From the IMG/VR virus record IMGVR_UViG_3300037628_000218, positions 1 through 64,000 of that record: 64,000 nt of DNA; one strand, written 5' to 3'. The DNA is from a virus. The notes under the pieces were generated by a model that was not told the origin of the DNA, made no database searches, and saw nothing but the letters and a program-made list of their open reading frames with translations. Made by a program: the position numbers and the translations under genes. Of the stretch, positions 53,732-64,000 are shown piece by piece (the stretch's first letter is position 1; every line of letters begins with the position of its first letter).

Positions 53732-54319
53732 TTAGGTTGCCTCAAAGAGAAGGGTACTAGCTGCTAGGTTTGCTTCACTTTTCCTTTGTAGAAGATTCCT
53801 TTCATCTTTAGGTGGCTGAGTAGACTTACCTGTAACCTCCTTATCAGAGAAAGAGTCAACAACTCTACTATCCCTCTCAACCGCTACTTGAGCAGCTTTA
53901 ATGATTCTTACTTGCTTTACTGAGAAAGTAACCTTGTAAGAGGAAGATCCGTTACTTACCCTTGTTCCGTTTCTAACACTTTGAGATATTGAAAGACTTT
54001 CAAAAACACAGTTAGTGAGTGGGTTTATCTTATCAGAAAAATGGATAGAGAAAGGCTGCCCAGACTTCTTTAGCTCCCTGATAGCATTAATATAACTTTC
54101 TGGAGACCTGTTAGTGATATTACCAGCAGACTTAGCTGTTGAAATAACCCCAGCCATAGAGACTTTAGTGTTACCGTTAATGTAATGGTCAGTGACCTCT
54201 TCCCCTGTTTCCAAGGGAAGGGTAGTGGTCTTACCAGTTTCATCTAACTGCACTGTCTGTGTTGCGTCTAGTGCTATTTGCTCATTAGAGTTCTGCGGTA
54301 GAATATAGTATATAGTCAT
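53732..54319 (-). CDS. Tail tube initiator/Dit-like protein
   Basis: LDAT..T..PLETG..VTDH; follows the tape measure. Confidence 0.75.
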   Translation of the reverse strand: MTIYYILPQNSNEQIALDATQTVQLDETGKTTTLPLETGEEVTDHYINGNTKVSMAGVISTAKSAGNITNRSPESYINAIRELKKSGQPFSIHFSDKINPLTNCVFESLSISQSVRNGTRVSNGSSSYKVTFSVKQVRIIKAAQVAVERDSRVVDSFSDKEVTGKSTQPPKDERNLLQRKSEANLAASTLLFEAT

Positions 54320-54328
54320 AGGCTTCCT

Positions 54329-56623
54329 TTAAACTGTTGCGAGAGATGCGTTATTCGCACTCAACACATCTCGAACCTCTTCAGCTACCATAACTGATAC
54401 TTCTCTAGCGTCAGCACTAGGTGCCTCTAGGTTTATAGTGATCTCGTTAGTCGTGGTTACTGTGGAGGCTTCCCGTTTCCTTAAATGGGGGTTAGCCTCC
54501 AGCTCCCTAGCGAACTTCTCTCGTGCATCTGAGCTAAAGACCCTTGTAGCACCTTGAACAATGTTGCTTGAAGCTGCTTCTTCAATAAGTGAGAAGGCTG
54601 CTAAGGGGCCAGCCAACCTGCTTAGTCCTTTGGCAGCAAACTTAGCCCCTGTTATCGCTTTAGTTTTTAAGCTAGTTGGAGGAGGAGCACCCCTAGTAAT
54701 CCTGGTAGCTCCTCTCTTACTCCCTGGTTTACCTGGCTTACTTGGTTTACCTCCCTTCCCATCCACTTTATCCATTAGCCCTAATAAACGTAGGACACTT
54801 TTAATCACCCCAGAGATAATACTACCTAACATCTTAAGGGTCTTAATAGGTCTTAGAAATGCAAGGATTAATCCCCCACCCGCAAAGACACCTATTACCT
54901 GACGTAGTAGCTTCCATACGCCTTCAAGCTTCTCCGAGCCGTTGATAAGTGCTTGTAACCACCCTAGAAAACCTTGTATATGACCTACCAAGAATAAAAG
55001 AGACCCAGCTAGAACTCTCATAGCTACGCTCAATGCTGAGATATTTTCAGAGGACTTTTCTAGGTTAAAGGCTTCCTCAAAGATTTGTACAAGACCTGCC
55101 AAGCTCTGAGAAACAATTTCTAAAATAGGAGAAAGAATATCTAGTGTGGCAGTAATGACACTGAGACCAGTACCCACAACGCTCCCAAAAATCTTAAATA
55201 TTGGGGTTAGCTGGGTTATGTTCTCAGTTAATCTATCTAAGAAACCTACTAATCCAGACTTAAGCCCAGCATCAAATGAATCAATAATCCCCAGTTGAAT
55301 AGAAGAAGTAAATCTTTGGTTAGCAGCGGTTATTGTCTTTAACGATGCTTCATAAGCCCCAGATTCATCAACAAAGCTTTCCATTTGATCTAAGAATTTA
55401 GGTAAGAACTCTGTAGTTACTACCTGTCCACTTCTTAACATTTTGTCTAGTTCAAGAGTAGTTACCCCTAGGGCTTTAGCCGCTTGAGGAACTGCACCGA
55501 AAAGACGTTCACCTAACTGTCTACGAAGTTCTTCTGAGCTTACAACACCCTTAGAAATCATCTGCTGAAAAGCAAGCATTACTAAGCTGGAATCGGCAGC
55601 GGTGAGACCAAAGGCTCTAGAGAGTTTAGTCATTTGCCTAAACTGCTTGTTCATAACCTCTGAGGATGACCCAGAGGCTCTAGCAGCAGCACCAATCTGG
55701 CGGTAACCATCAGCTACTACTAACAAGCTGATCCCCATTTCATTGGAGATCCCTTTGATAAACTCAAAGTCTCTAGCAGCAGCTTCTACTCCACCTGAAG
55801 CAGCAAGTAAGGATGCGCTTAGCGAGTCAAACTTACTACCTGTTTGTAGGATAGCTCGACCACCCTCAATAGCAGCAAAGACAGAGAGATAGCTTGTTGC
55901 TAGATTATTCATACTAGCTGTTAAACTCTGTCCTACGGACTTCTGAGAGCGCATAGCAGAGCTTGCTGAGTTAACATTCTCTCTAAGTCTTACTATCTGG
56001 TTGTTAAGCCTCTCCAGTCCTGTACGTGAAGAGATACTGGAGATAGTGCTTTTTAGTTCTTGAGCGCGACTGTTGAGTTTTCTAAACTCTTCTGAGTTAA
56101 CTCCAATTGTCCTACCCGCTTTCCTCATTACAGTGTCGATAGAGTTAGCGAGTTTTAACTGTCTTTCATCTGCTAGACCGAAGGCAGAAGGTTGCTTTTT
56201 AACCTTAGCAGCCGCCTGCTTAGCCTCTATAGCTGATTGTCTAGCTGCCTGTCTAGCTTCTATAGCTGACTGTCTAGCTATCAGGTCTTTAGCTGCCTGC
56301 TTAGTAGCTACTTCTTTTTGCTTCTTTCGCTCTAGGGTTATAAGCTTTTCAAGCTCTAAACGTCTTTTCTCTAACTGAGGGATTTTACCCCCCCGTAGCG
56401 ACTGGGTGAAGCCTTGGGTTTTTAGACCTATCCCCCTAGCACGTTCGATAGCTCGTAGAAGTTGTAATCGTTTTGACTCCAAAGCATTCTGGCGTTTTAG
56501 AGAGTCTTCTATCTTCTTGTTAGCCTGTTTCAGGGGGGTTAGTATCTCCTTAGTCCCCTTACGAACTTGGGAGGTATCCATTCCGACACGTATTACCCAA
56601 TCGTTAACAACATCAACTGTCAT
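54329..56623 (-). CDS. Tape measure protein
   Basis: QMISKGVVSSEELRRQLGERL tape-measure domain. Confidence 0.92.
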   Translation of the reverse strand: MTVDVVNDWVIRVGMDTSQVRKGTKEILTPLKQANKKIEDSLKRQNALESKRLQLLRAIERARGIGLKTQGFTQSLRGGKIPQLEKRRLELEKLITLERKKQKEVATKQAAKDLIARQSAIEARQAARQSAIEAKQAAAKVKKQPSAFGLADERQLKLANSIDTVMRKAGRTIGVNSEEFRKLNSRAQELKSTISSISSRTGLERLNNQIVRLRENVNSASSAMRSQKSVGQSLTASMNNLATSYLSVFAAIEGGRAILQTGSKFDSLSASLLAASGGVEAAARDFEFIKGISNEMGISLLVVADGYRQIGAAARASGSSSEVMNKQFRQMTKLSRAFGLTAADSSLVMLAFQQMISKGVVSSEELRRQLGERLFGAVPQAAKALGVTTLELDKMLRSGQVVTTEFLPKFLDQMESFVDESGAYEASLKTITAANQRFTSSIQLGIIDSFDAGLKSGLVGFLDRLTENITQLTPIFKIFGSVVGTGLSVITATLDILSPILEIVSQSLAGLVQIFEEAFNLEKSSENISALSVAMRVLAGSLLFLVGHIQGFLGWLQALINGSEKLEGVWKLLRQVIGVFAGGGLILAFLRPIKTLKMLGSIISGVIKSVLRLLGLMDKVDGKGGKPSKPGKPGSKRGATRITRGAPPPTSLKTKAITGAKFAAKGLSRLAGPLAAFSLIEEAASSNIVQGATRVFSSDAREKFARELEANPHLRKREASTVTTTNEITINLEAPSADAREVSVMVAEEVRDVLSANNASLATV

Positions 56624-56654
56624 TGCTACACCCTTTCCCTATTTAAACTTTAGA

Positions 56655-56954
56655 TTATGTTTTGGATTCACTGTCTTTCTGGGCTGCGATTTCCAAATCT
56701 GTCATCATCTCCACATACTCTTTAAGCTTAAGAAACTCAGGGAGTGAATACTCATTTTTTAAGATACGTATATCTTTTATAGGGCAATGTTTGGAAGATA
56801 ACACTCCGTAAAAAACCCAATCTGCTTCGGTAAGGGAAGCCTTCTTCATAGCTTCTCTAACTAAGAGGGTGTTCCTTCCTTGCTCACTTCCATCCCCATC
56901 GAAGGCAGGGATATACCCTTGTTCTGGAGATAGTCTACGAAAAAAGAGCCACAA
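56655..56954 (-). CDS. Tail assembly chaperone, T part (probably reached by frameshift)
   Basis: Overlaps the upstream chaperone in the -1 frame, just before the tape measure. Confidence 0.6.
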   Translation of the reverse strand: MWLFFRRLSPEQGYIPAFDGDGSEQGRNTLLVREAMKKASLTEADWVFYGVLSSKHCPIKDIRILKNEYSLPEFLKLKEYVEMMTDLEIAAQKDSESKT

Positions 56955-57346
56955 TTCTCTTTAAGCACAAACTCAAGTAAGGCTATTAAGCCTCCTAAGT
57001 TTCCTTTGAACTCTTCATCTACATCTACGACTACTCCTTTCTTCTTGATGTTTTGTGTTAGCAAGGTTACAAGGTCTAGGATGCTGACCTTATCAAGCTG
57101 GGTTACTAAAAGTGAACTTACATCAGCGAATAATGTGTCCTCTTCAGGTAGTATTAACCCCTCTCTCTTTGTTCCATCGAAGTACGCACCTATTGCTGGT
57201 AAGCACACTTTAAGTAATTGTGTAGCTACAGCAAGTGATTGTGTGGCAGGTAATAGATCAATGTTGTAAACAGTTCCTTTAATAGTTGTAGAATGTACAC
57301 CCGCTTGGTCTAGAGTTGATTGTGCAATTTTTTCAATATCGTTCAT
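56861..57346 (-). CDS. Tail assembly chaperone (G)
   Basis: Between tube and tape measure; AGGAGG RBS. Confidence 0.75.
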   Translation of the reverse strand: MNDIEKIAQSTLDQAGVHSTTIKGTVYNIDLLPATQSLAVATQLLKVCLPAIGAYFDGTKREGLILPEEDTLFADVSSLLVTQLDKVSILDLVTLLTQNIKKKGVVVDVDEEFKGNLGGLIALLEFVLKENCGSFFVDYLQNKGISLPSMGMEVSKEGTPS

Positions 57347-57369
57347 TTAGTTTCCTCCTAAATATTAGT

Positions 57370-57392
57370 AAAAGGGGATCTAACGTCCCCTT
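57370..57392 (-). terminator. Terminator after the tail tube gene
   Basis: AAGGGGA..TCCCCTT followed by TT. Confidence 0.6.
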
Positions 57393-57404
57393 CTTTTCTT
57401 AGTC

Positions 57405-57905
57405 TTAGACGTTGCCTAAGATTGTTGTAATAGCGTTAAGTACCCGTGCTGTTTCATCTGAGTCAGCAGCAACCCCTTCAGGTACAGAAGCAAATTCCAT
57501 ACCCTCGCAGAAGAAAACCCAGTCTTTAGATTGTCCTGCTGCTGTGAGGCCCAGGATGACTTCTGGGGCTGTTTTGATGTAACTACCTGTTAGCAGAGCG
57601 ATAACACTACCAGAGGGGTCTATGATGCTTAGGCTTGCAGTTATGAAGGTGTCGTTAGCCTCTTGTGCTAGTAGTACACCAGACAGTATACGATTAGAGT
57701 CTGAGTTCTGTTGAAAAGACAAGGTGCAAGATCCTGTCCTATCAGGGGAGATAGAGATAGATAGATTGCCATCAGAACCAACCTCTTCGTCCGTAATATC
57801 TGCGCTGCGTGAAAACGTAACGAAAGCGTCTGGAGATAACGCTCCAAGAGCAACCCCGCCCCACGAAATCGTCACATTACGGCTTGAATATACAGGGAGT
57901 GCCAT
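57405..57905 (-). CDS. Tail tube protein (DUF3277-like)
   Basis: VGSDG..G..TLS.QQ.S.SN..L; follows the sheath. Confidence 0.8.
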   Translation of the reverse strand: MALPVYSSRNVTISWGGVALGALSPDAFVTFSRSADITDEEVGSDGNLSISISPDRTGSCTLSFQQNSDSNRILSGVLLAQEANDTFITASLSIIDPSGSVIALLTGSYIKTAPEVILGLTAAGQSKDWVFFCEGMEFASVPEGVAADSDETARVLNAITTILGNV

Positions 57906-57986
57906 ATTGATTTACCTTTAAGTGTTTGAGAGTTTGTTAAGAACTCTCATATTTATAGTTTATGTTAGTAGGGCAGTTAAGCCGTT

Positions 57987-59339
57987 TTACGCTAGGTTAT
58001 CAAAGGTAAGGACACCCGTGATCTTTGTGATTTGGATAGCACCCGCTAAGAACGCTACGAACGAGGCGTTTAACTCTCGTAGTTGCTTTTCAGCAAAAGG
58101 TACGTCAGCTGCCCTTGGGAAGTTAGTTGTATACGGATTACTCTCTTGTAGGATAGAAGGAGTTGTTGAAGTAGATACCGAACGGCTTAGAACCGATGTA
58201 ACTGTGTTTCGTACTGTTCCGATACCACTATCTGTATAAGGAATAACAGGTTGGTTAATCTGTAGGTTCTGCAAGCCTTCTGTAATACGTGCTTCTAAGA
58301 AGTCACGGTTACGGATTGCATCAATCCACTCATCACCTGCTACCTTACCTCTCCGTGTAATATCAATTCCACCTACGCTTTCAATCCAGTTAGCGTTACG
58401 TGTATCAAGGTTGTTCTTCTGTGTGAACGTAAGATTCTTACCTGTAGCGTCCCTTGAGGCAGCTAGTCCAGCTATCCTGTTATTGGCCCATACCTTACTA
58501 CCTGGTGTGGAGGGTGCAGCGATTGCAACGAAAGCCATCTCAGGAAACTTAGTGTCTGCATCTTGGTGGAACCAACCAGAGGTTCTGAAGAAGTTGCTTT
58601 CGGCAAGCTTACCAAGAGTGTCACCAGAAGCAGCAGGTATTTCCAGTGCAGTAAGAGCAGCTTCCTCTTTTACAGATACAAAGTAGATCTTAGTAAGTGC
58701 TTCTGTAACAGCAGCCATCGCTAGGATAAAAACTTGAGTCTGGTCATTAGAGGTAATGAAATAGAAATCATTATCTATCTCAGTGATTGCGGTAATCACA
58801 GCAGCAGCAGTTTCAGTGGCTGTAGTAGTTTGAGTTAACTTAGTAATCTTAGTTACAGCAAACGGAGTACCTGGGGTAGCCTCTGCTAATGTCAAAGTAG
58901 CAGTACCACTTACGGTAACACCAACAATACCAGATAGGGCTGTAGATAGTGCTGTTACAACCTCTGTAGGTGTTTCAGAGCCAGTGGCGGTAGTAAATGA
59001 AGCTGCTATAGTTACGTTGTCAGTGCCGACTACTGTAATCTCAAAAACCTCACCAATAGCTGTTACAGCATCGGGAGTATAGGTTAAGAGGGTTACATCA
59101 CGCCGACCTACTTTGACAACACTTGGAGGAATCTCTTGGGAGAAGGCTGAGTTCACAGCAATCAACTCATTAGAACCCGCTGGTAGGTCTGCTGAGGCGG
59201 CAGTTATGTTAGGATAGGAGCGAACACGTTCAGTAAACCAACGATGCTCACCAATGAAAATGGGAGTCCCAAAACCTGCGCGGGAGACTGCTGCGGTCTG
59301 TAGACTAATAGTTACTGTGACAATATCTTGAAGGCTCAT
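57987..59339 (-). CDS. Tail sheath protein (DUF3383-like)
   Basis: IVTVTIS..GFG.P; G.WID.IR..D.L..IPYTDSG..LAGAI. Confidence 0.9.
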   Translation of the reverse strand: MSLQDIVTVTISLQTAAVSRAGFGTPIFIGEHRWFTERVRSYPNITAASADLPAGSNELIAVNSAFSQEIPPSVVKVGRRDVTLLTYTPDAVTAIGEVFEITVVGTDNVTIAASFTTATGSETPTEVVTALSTALSGIVGVTVSGTATLTLAEATPGTPFAVTKITKLTQTTTATETAAAVITAITEIDNDFYFITSNDQTQVFILAMAAVTEALTKIYFVSVKEEAALTALEIPAASGDTLGKLAESNFFRTSGWFHQDADTKFPEMAFVAIAAPSTPGSKVWANNRIAGLAASRDATGKNLTFTQKNNLDTRNANWIESVGGIDITRRGKVAGDEWIDAIRNRDFLEARITEGLQNLQINQPVIPYTDSGIGTVRNTVTSVLSRSVSTSTTPSILQESNPYTTNFPRAADVPFAEKQLRELNASFVAFLAGAIQITKITGVLTFDNLA

Positions 59340-59411
59340 TAACAGAGTTCTCCTTTAATTAATGGTAGGTGTTCTTTTACGATCATACTTGTGGTTCCTT
59401 TCTTAAACATG

Positions 59412-59996
59412 CTAAGGTTCTGGTACAGTTATATCTACAATGAGTGGGGTTGGATCATCGGTACTAATATTGTAAATAGTGCCGTCCAAATGAACAGTTG
59501 TGAAACTGTCAGATCCCGAAGTATCGACGAAGGTGTCTATAATATTAAAAGTAATATTGAAAGACGCAGATTCTAGATAGTCATCTGTAAGTAGAATTGG
59601 CAGTGAGTCTATACTATCAACAATAACTACAGACCCTCCTGTAGTGTTTCTTATATCTCCAAGAACTCTGTTTAACCTAAAGAATCCATGAAGCTTCTGA
59701 GCTATGCTGATAGCGTTACCACCATAGACTCGGTAATTTAGTAGGAGCTGTTTAGTTGTTTCATAAACAGTCTGATCACTACTATTGATAGTCTCTGAAT
59801 AGAGCCAGCCAGATTCATCTTGAGTATCTAGTACATCAATAGTTACATAAGAGTAACCTGGTTTAGGGCCAGTTTGTCTAGCCCTTATAACTGCGGGGAG
59901 ATCGGCATTAGCACCTATTAGGGACAACTCTGTTGGTAACGCTTCTCTTGCTACTAAGATAAACTTGTCTAGGATAGCGTCATAGTCTATCGCCAT
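59412..59996 (-). CDS. Neck/tail terminator protein
   Basis: Position before the sheath; VIRARQ.GPKP..YVTI. Confidence 0.7.
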   Translation of the reverse strand: MAIDYDAILDKFILVAREALPTELSLIGANADLPAVIRARQTGPKPGYSYVTIDVLDTQDESGWLYSETINSSDQTVYETTKQLLLNYRVYGGNAISIAQKLHGFFRLNRVLGDIRNTTGGSVVIVDSIDSLPILLTDDYLESASFNITFNIIDTFVDTSGSDSFTTVHLDGTIYNISTDDPTPLIVDITVPEP

Positions 59997-60376
59997 TACA
60001 ACCCTCCGTTAGTAGTTTGATCGTCCCGAATAAACAAGGCTTTGAAATGATCAGTTGATAACCCAGATAAGTTCCAGTTCTCTACAGCCATCGCATAGTA
60101 GTTTTGACCCTCAATAGTTGTGGTATCAGCAAGTTCTTTGCTAAACTGATCAGAGGTATTTAGAGAGGTTGTAGTCCTGATAATACGAGCATCCGAGGCG
60201 GTTTTACCAGAAGGTAATATAAGCTGATTGGCCCCCATCTTGAAAGGTTGGATGCTACATTGTATTGTAATGTCTACTGGTGTGGGAGTTACCCAGCGAC
60301 CTTTCTCATCCCAGAATCCACTACCTCCATCACGTTTAATAACTAGAGTAGAGGTTCGCATTAATTTGAGAGCCAT
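59996..60376 (-). CDS. Head closure/stopper protein
   Basis: G.W...GRW..CSIQP; position. Confidence 0.65.
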   Translation of the reverse strand: MALKLMRTSTLVIKRDGGSGFWDEKGRWVTPTPVDITIQCSIQPFKMGANQLILPSGKTASDARIIRTTTSLNTSDQFSKELADTTTIEGQNYYAMAVENWNLSGLSTDHFKALFIRDDQTTNGGL

Positions 60377-60862
60377 TTATGCTTCCTTTACTTGTTTGTT
60401 TTTAGAAGTCCTGTAAGCTACTTTTGATTTTAGGTCGCCAGTGTCTACAAGGGGGTTGTTGGATTCCTTAGGAGGAACAGCGTTAGGAACTAGAGAAGGA
60501 CTTCCGAATATTTTCTGTTCTTCTTCTCTGAAGAACTTACCAATATCATCTAAAAGCATCCCGTCTGAACCGTTCCCTGGCTTTCTACCCTTCCATAGTT
60601 TAAATGCTCTACGTAATACAGGAGCTGTTAGCTTTCTACGCCTGAAGAAGAGTATGTCTAACACAGGTCTAGCGGGAAGATCCGTTTCAGGGTTACCTGC
60701 ATGGTGAATAGCCATTAGCTCAGGGTATGTAAAGCCTGAAGCATGTTTACCTTGTGAGCTAAAATGACCTACCTCTACAAATGCGTTATTAAGACTTAGA
60801 AGTTGTTGTGAGAGCTTTTCGAGCTGGTTTCCTTGTTTCTTTAGGCTTACTTTTAGTGCCAT
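60377..60862 (-). CDS. Neck/tail completion protein
   Basis: VEVG..PARP..PLVDTGDL..V.Y. Confidence 0.7.
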   Translation of the reverse strand: MALKVSLKKQGNQLEKLSQQLLSLNNAFVEVGHFSSQGKHASGFTYPELMAIHHAGNPETDLPARPVLDILFFRRRKLTAPVLRRAFKLWKGRKPGNGSDGMLLDDIGKFFREEEQKIFGSPSLVPNAVPPKESNNPLVDTGDLKSKVAYRTSKNKQVKEA

Positions 60863-60953
60863 CTTTTTTACTCGCTACCTTTTTGGTCATATCAATTATT
60901 TCTTCGATAACCCGACCATCTGGGTAGGTTATTGTACGTTTAACAATTCCCAT
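60789..60953 (-). CDS. 54-aa Lys-rich protein overlapping the next gene (not in the ORF track)
   Basis: AAGGA RBS; MGIVKRTITYPDGRVIEE..KPKETRKPARK. Confidence 0.5.
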   Translation of the reverse strand: MGIVKRTITYPDGRVIEEIIDMTKKVASKKDGTKSKPKETRKPARKALTTTSKS

Positions 60954-61034
60954 AAGTGTTCCTTGTTGGTGGTGTGGACATATGAAAAAGAAGGGCTAAA
61001 CCCTAACCCCTCCGAAGAGGGGAAGGTTATAAGG

Positions 61035-63734
61035 TTATACGTTAGCCTTAGCTACCCAAACTCCATTCTCATAGAAGTTGAAAACACTTGTTGTTGTGTT
61101 ATATATCATCATACCATCAGCAGAAGTCAATAAATCACGTTGAGTCGTTGTCATACGAGGTAACATAAAACCTGCGGTTGTTGAGTTACACTCTATCCGA
61201 CCATTCTCAATCTGTATATCTGTACCGCCATCTGGTGACACAAACTTAGTATAGGCATTCGCAATGTGTAACCGCTCTCGTACACTATCATGGATAGCAT
61301 AATAAGCTGTCGCTTGAGTACCGTTATGGAAGGACTTGAAGCCACCTCCTTGTTGGTCTAACATCCAAGTGGCATCCGCATTAACATCTATACGTGTGGT
61401 TGTACCATCATGGTATTCAAGAGTGTTATTATCAAGCCAAAGATTGTCAGCTCCTGATTGACTCTTTATCTGAACACCTGTAGCCGTTGCACTTATTAAA
61501 TCGTATGTACCGTTGTTATAAGCGAAAGCTGTGTTGTCTACCAGCACAGAGTTAGTGCCATCAGGAGATGAAAGTTTAGAGGCGGTAGCATCAATCTCTA
61601 GACGGTCAATAACCCCAGCTTCTACGGTAAAGGCATATCTGTCTACAACAACATGTGTATTGGAACTTTCTTCACGCCCTATAACAACCTGACCATCAGG
61701 AATAGTGAAGTCAATTATAAAAAAGTGCTTTCCAGAGGCTCCACCACCCATTTCAATTGCATCGCCATAATCATAGAAAAGCCCCCTATTAGTTGAGTTG
61801 AAGTGTCCAAGGTAACCAGTATCAGTTTCACCTACAAATTGTACTCCAGCAAAACCAGAAGGTTGTAGGTTTGTAAACTCTAACCCACTAGCTCCAAATG
61901 AATCTCCTGTGTCTATGAACTCAGCTCTACCTGCATTATTTAATGATAGTAACTTTCCACCATCCGCAGAGACTAACTCTGTCTTTGTAGCATCTACAGA
62001 CACTCTATCCCTAGTGCCGTCACTATACGCCAACGCCCCGCCTGCTGTAGCGAGTGACATATCTCCACCAGTCTTTATATTCCTGACAGTGAAGTCTACT
62101 ACGTCAGCATCCAGATTAACCACATCCCCAGTCTCCTGATACATGGTATCTAGCTTATGATCACCAGTGGATGCCTGCATTGAATACAGTACCAAGTCAG
62201 TTGGTGTTTTATTCTGTACAACGAACTGGGAGCCGCCAACTACAGATTGGATTGCTGCTATTAGGTTATTTGCTGTGTCAAAAACTTTAAAGTTATCAGA
62301 TTTAACAACACTATTACCGCCACGACGCATGTGGTGAGCTTTAACCTCTTCTAACGATAGTGCTCTGGAATAGACTTTAGCGTAATCCATGTACCCATTA
62401 AACGGATATGACCCAACTTCATTGCGACCCCCAATTCCCCAAGTATTTGCTGAAATACCTAAGTTGGTCTCAGTAAGACTCGCCTTCACCTCCCCATTTA
62501 CAATAAGGTGCATTGTGGTGCCATCATACGTAGCTACAACGTGATACCACTCACCTGTTACAATATCAATGGTGTCATCTATATTGTTGTATGCCCCGTT
62601 TGCCTGTATCTCTATACCAATCTTATTAGGGAGTGAACTGGTGCTAGGTGAAATCCCGAACAGTAAGTCATTAGAAAACCCACCTTCATCTGAAGCAAGC
62701 AGTAGGGTTCTAGTGGAGTCAATTGCATTAAACACAACTTCCAATGACCATTCAGCTAGCGTTGGTAAATTGTCGGGGGTAGAGAGGAAAGTAGTGTTAG
62801 CACTATTGAAATATGCACCAGACCCGTATTGACCGTAGTCAGCTGCTATAACAGGAGAGCCAAAGTTAGTAAGGGTGTAAGCACTCTCACTTCTGTCATA
62901 CTGTGTTGCATCTGTTCCAATTTCTGTAAAAGGTACGTGCAAAACTAGCCCTGTCTCATCACCTAGCATTTCGTTAAACGGTGCTACTAAACCAGAGTGT
63001 GTGACTACCTCATCAGTAAAGGTGCGTAGCTCATACTTAGTATACGGTTCAGAGGGGTTGGTAGTACCTGGCTCAACTTGTAGGTAACTGAGAGATACAT
63101 CATCAGCACTTGTACGTCTATACATCACGACAGTAACAGGATCTCCTGCTGTAATATCCAGCGGGTGATCAAACTGCATTTTAATCGTACCGCCTGCTGC
63201 TACGGTATGCCCGTTGTTGTCTTGCATGTAGATCATTGTGCCTAAGTCATCAACTCCCCAGAACACTTCATAATGGAGCCATTCAGTAGGGGTAATCTCA
63301 TCAACAGAGATAAACTCCCCAGAGAAATATGAACCAGCGGTAGGGGCAGTAAACGTATATTTACAATCTACTGCGCCAGATCCTGCTGCTATTCCATTAG
63401 ATTCTGTGGTACTCATTGTATCAGAATGTATACGTACACTTGGAGCAAAGACACCAGTGGAATCTTGATTAGCCACTATAGATTGATCTTTCAAGCCACA
63501 CCAAGCAGGCCAATAGTTAACACCTGAAGATATGTTGGTAAAGAAAATATTCTCTGCGCCAGAGGACATCTTATGCTGTCCACCTAGGTAGAAGGAGTTT
63601 AGATCAGTCTCGATAGCTCTACTAGCTACTAGTCGATCTGTGGTGCTGTTGTATGTAAAGTGTAGTAAAGTAGCCTTCTGTTCTGGGGTAACTCTTTCAC
63701 TTGCTGAGCTACCGTCTGTTGGTAAAATAGACAT
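61035..63734 (-). CDS. Virion fibre/decoration protein with a LamG (concanavalin-like) domain
   Basis: WYHVVATYDG..L.VNG..FNGYMD..VYSRALS; C-terminal PRMTTTQRD..GMMIYNTT. Confidence 0.8.
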   Translation of the reverse strand: MSILPTDGSSASERVTPEQKATLLHFTYNSTTDRLVASRAIETDLNSFYLGGQHKMSSGAENIFFTNISSGVNYWPAWCGLKDQSIVANQDSTGVFAPSVRIHSDTMSTTESNGIAAGSGAVDCKYTFTAPTAGSYFSGEFISVDEITPTEWLHYEVFWGVDDLGTMIYMQDNNGHTVAAGGTIKMQFDHPLDITAGDPVTVVMYRRTSADDVSLSYLQVEPGTTNPSEPYTKYELRTFTDEVVTHSGLVAPFNEMLGDETGLVLHVPFTEIGTDATQYDRSESAYTLTNFGSPVIAADYGQYGSGAYFNSANTTFLSTPDNLPTLAEWSLEVVFNAIDSTRTLLLASDEGGFSNDLLFGISPSTSSLPNKIGIEIQANGAYNNIDDTIDIVTGEWYHVVATYDGTTMHLIVNGEVKASLTETNLGISANTWGIGGRNEVGSYPFNGYMDYAKVYSRALSLEEVKAHHMRRGGNSVVKSDNFKVFDTANNLIAAIQSVVGGSQFVVQNKTPTDLVLYSMQASTGDHKLDTMYQETGDVVNLDADVVDFTVRNIKTGGDMSLATAGGALAYSDGTRDRVSVDATKTELVSADGGKLLSLNNAGRAEFIDTGDSFGASGLEFTNLQPSGFAGVQFVGETDTGYLGHFNSTNRGLFYDYGDAIEMGGGASGKHFFIIDFTIPDGQVVIGREESSNTHVVVDRYAFTVEAGVIDRLEIDATASKLSSPDGTNSVLVDNTAFAYNNGTYDLISATATGVQIKSQSGADNLWLDNNTLEYHDGTTTRIDVNADATWMLDQQGGGFKSFHNGTQATAYYAIHDSVRERLHIANAYTKFVSPDGGTDIQIENGRIECNSTTAGFMLPRMTTTQRDLLTSADGMMIYNTTTSVFNFYENGVWVAKANV

Positions 63735-64000
63735 TATGAGTTATCCTGTACGCTCAGAGGTGCATCTATATCGTCTATAGACTTAGCCCAAACTGCGTTC
63801 TCAAGTGCTGTGATTAACTTAATAGCTGTTGAGGCAGGTAGTGGTGGTAGTAATTCTCCGTTAGTAGAGTCAGCAGCGGGTTGAGCGTTGCTTATTTGGA
63901 GTAAGATTCTTGAAGTGGATTTATTAGTGATTACCAACGCTGTGCCTGCTACTACCCCTGAAAGGGTATTAACATTAACATATACATCTTTATCAACTAA
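63734..64000 (-). CDS. Virion-associated protein, 3' part (start outside the window)
   Basis: Frame is open to the window edge. Confidence 0.6.
   Translation of the reverse strand, partial: LVDKDVYVNVNTLSGVVAGTALVITNKSTSRILLQISNAQPAADSTNGELLPPLPASTAIKLITALENAVWAKSIDDIDAPLSVQDNS

Noticed and set aside
56210-56300. ARQSAIE / KQAA repeats in the tape measure
   Set aside because: Ordinary short duplication in a coiled-coil protein
1311-62832. All plus-strand ORFs in the track
   Set aside because: They are antisense shadows of clear minus-strand genes, with no recognisable motifs

Overview
64 kb segment of a lytic tailed-phage genome with a contractile (myovirus-type) tail, probably infecting a gammaproteobacterium. 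Essentially every credible gene is on the minus strand. In transcription order (right to left): neck, tail, baseplate and fibre genes (64-47 kb), a membrane/lysis block (47-45 kb), then nucleotide, NAD and RNA metabolism (DNA ligase, a PRPS-like plus NAMPT-like pair matching the NARP1 NAD+ reconstitution pathway, dCMP deaminase, thioredoxin, class II ribonucleotide reductase, RlmN-like radical SAM enzyme, tRNA-Arg, RNA ligase 2). Next is a T7-type replication block (primase-helicase, family A polymerase, SSB, exonucleases, RusA), then accessory genes (SspB-like, macrodomain, a 669+127 aa operon, internally deleted rIIB, Thg1-like, RMF-like). A motif-dense non-coding island lies at 6.55-7.0 kb, followed by an early region (0-6.5 kb) in which almost every gene has its own copy of a promoter/leader cassette. 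Highlights: (1) nrdJ is interrupted by both an ORF-less group I intron and a mini-intein, 75 nt apart. (2) A family of early leucine-rich-repeat proteins has a shared N-terminus and variable 23-aa repeats, embedded in the cassette array. (3) The non-coding island holds the only plus-strand promoter I found, a structured RNA, two back-to-back sigma54-like boxes, a Fur box and iteron-like repeats. (4) The polymerase steric-gate Glu is replaced by His. (5) Several small genes and RNAs are missing from the ORF track (RMF-like, prepilin-like, Arg-rich peptide, tRNA-like RNAs). All protein calls come from motif recognition by eye; no database searches were run.
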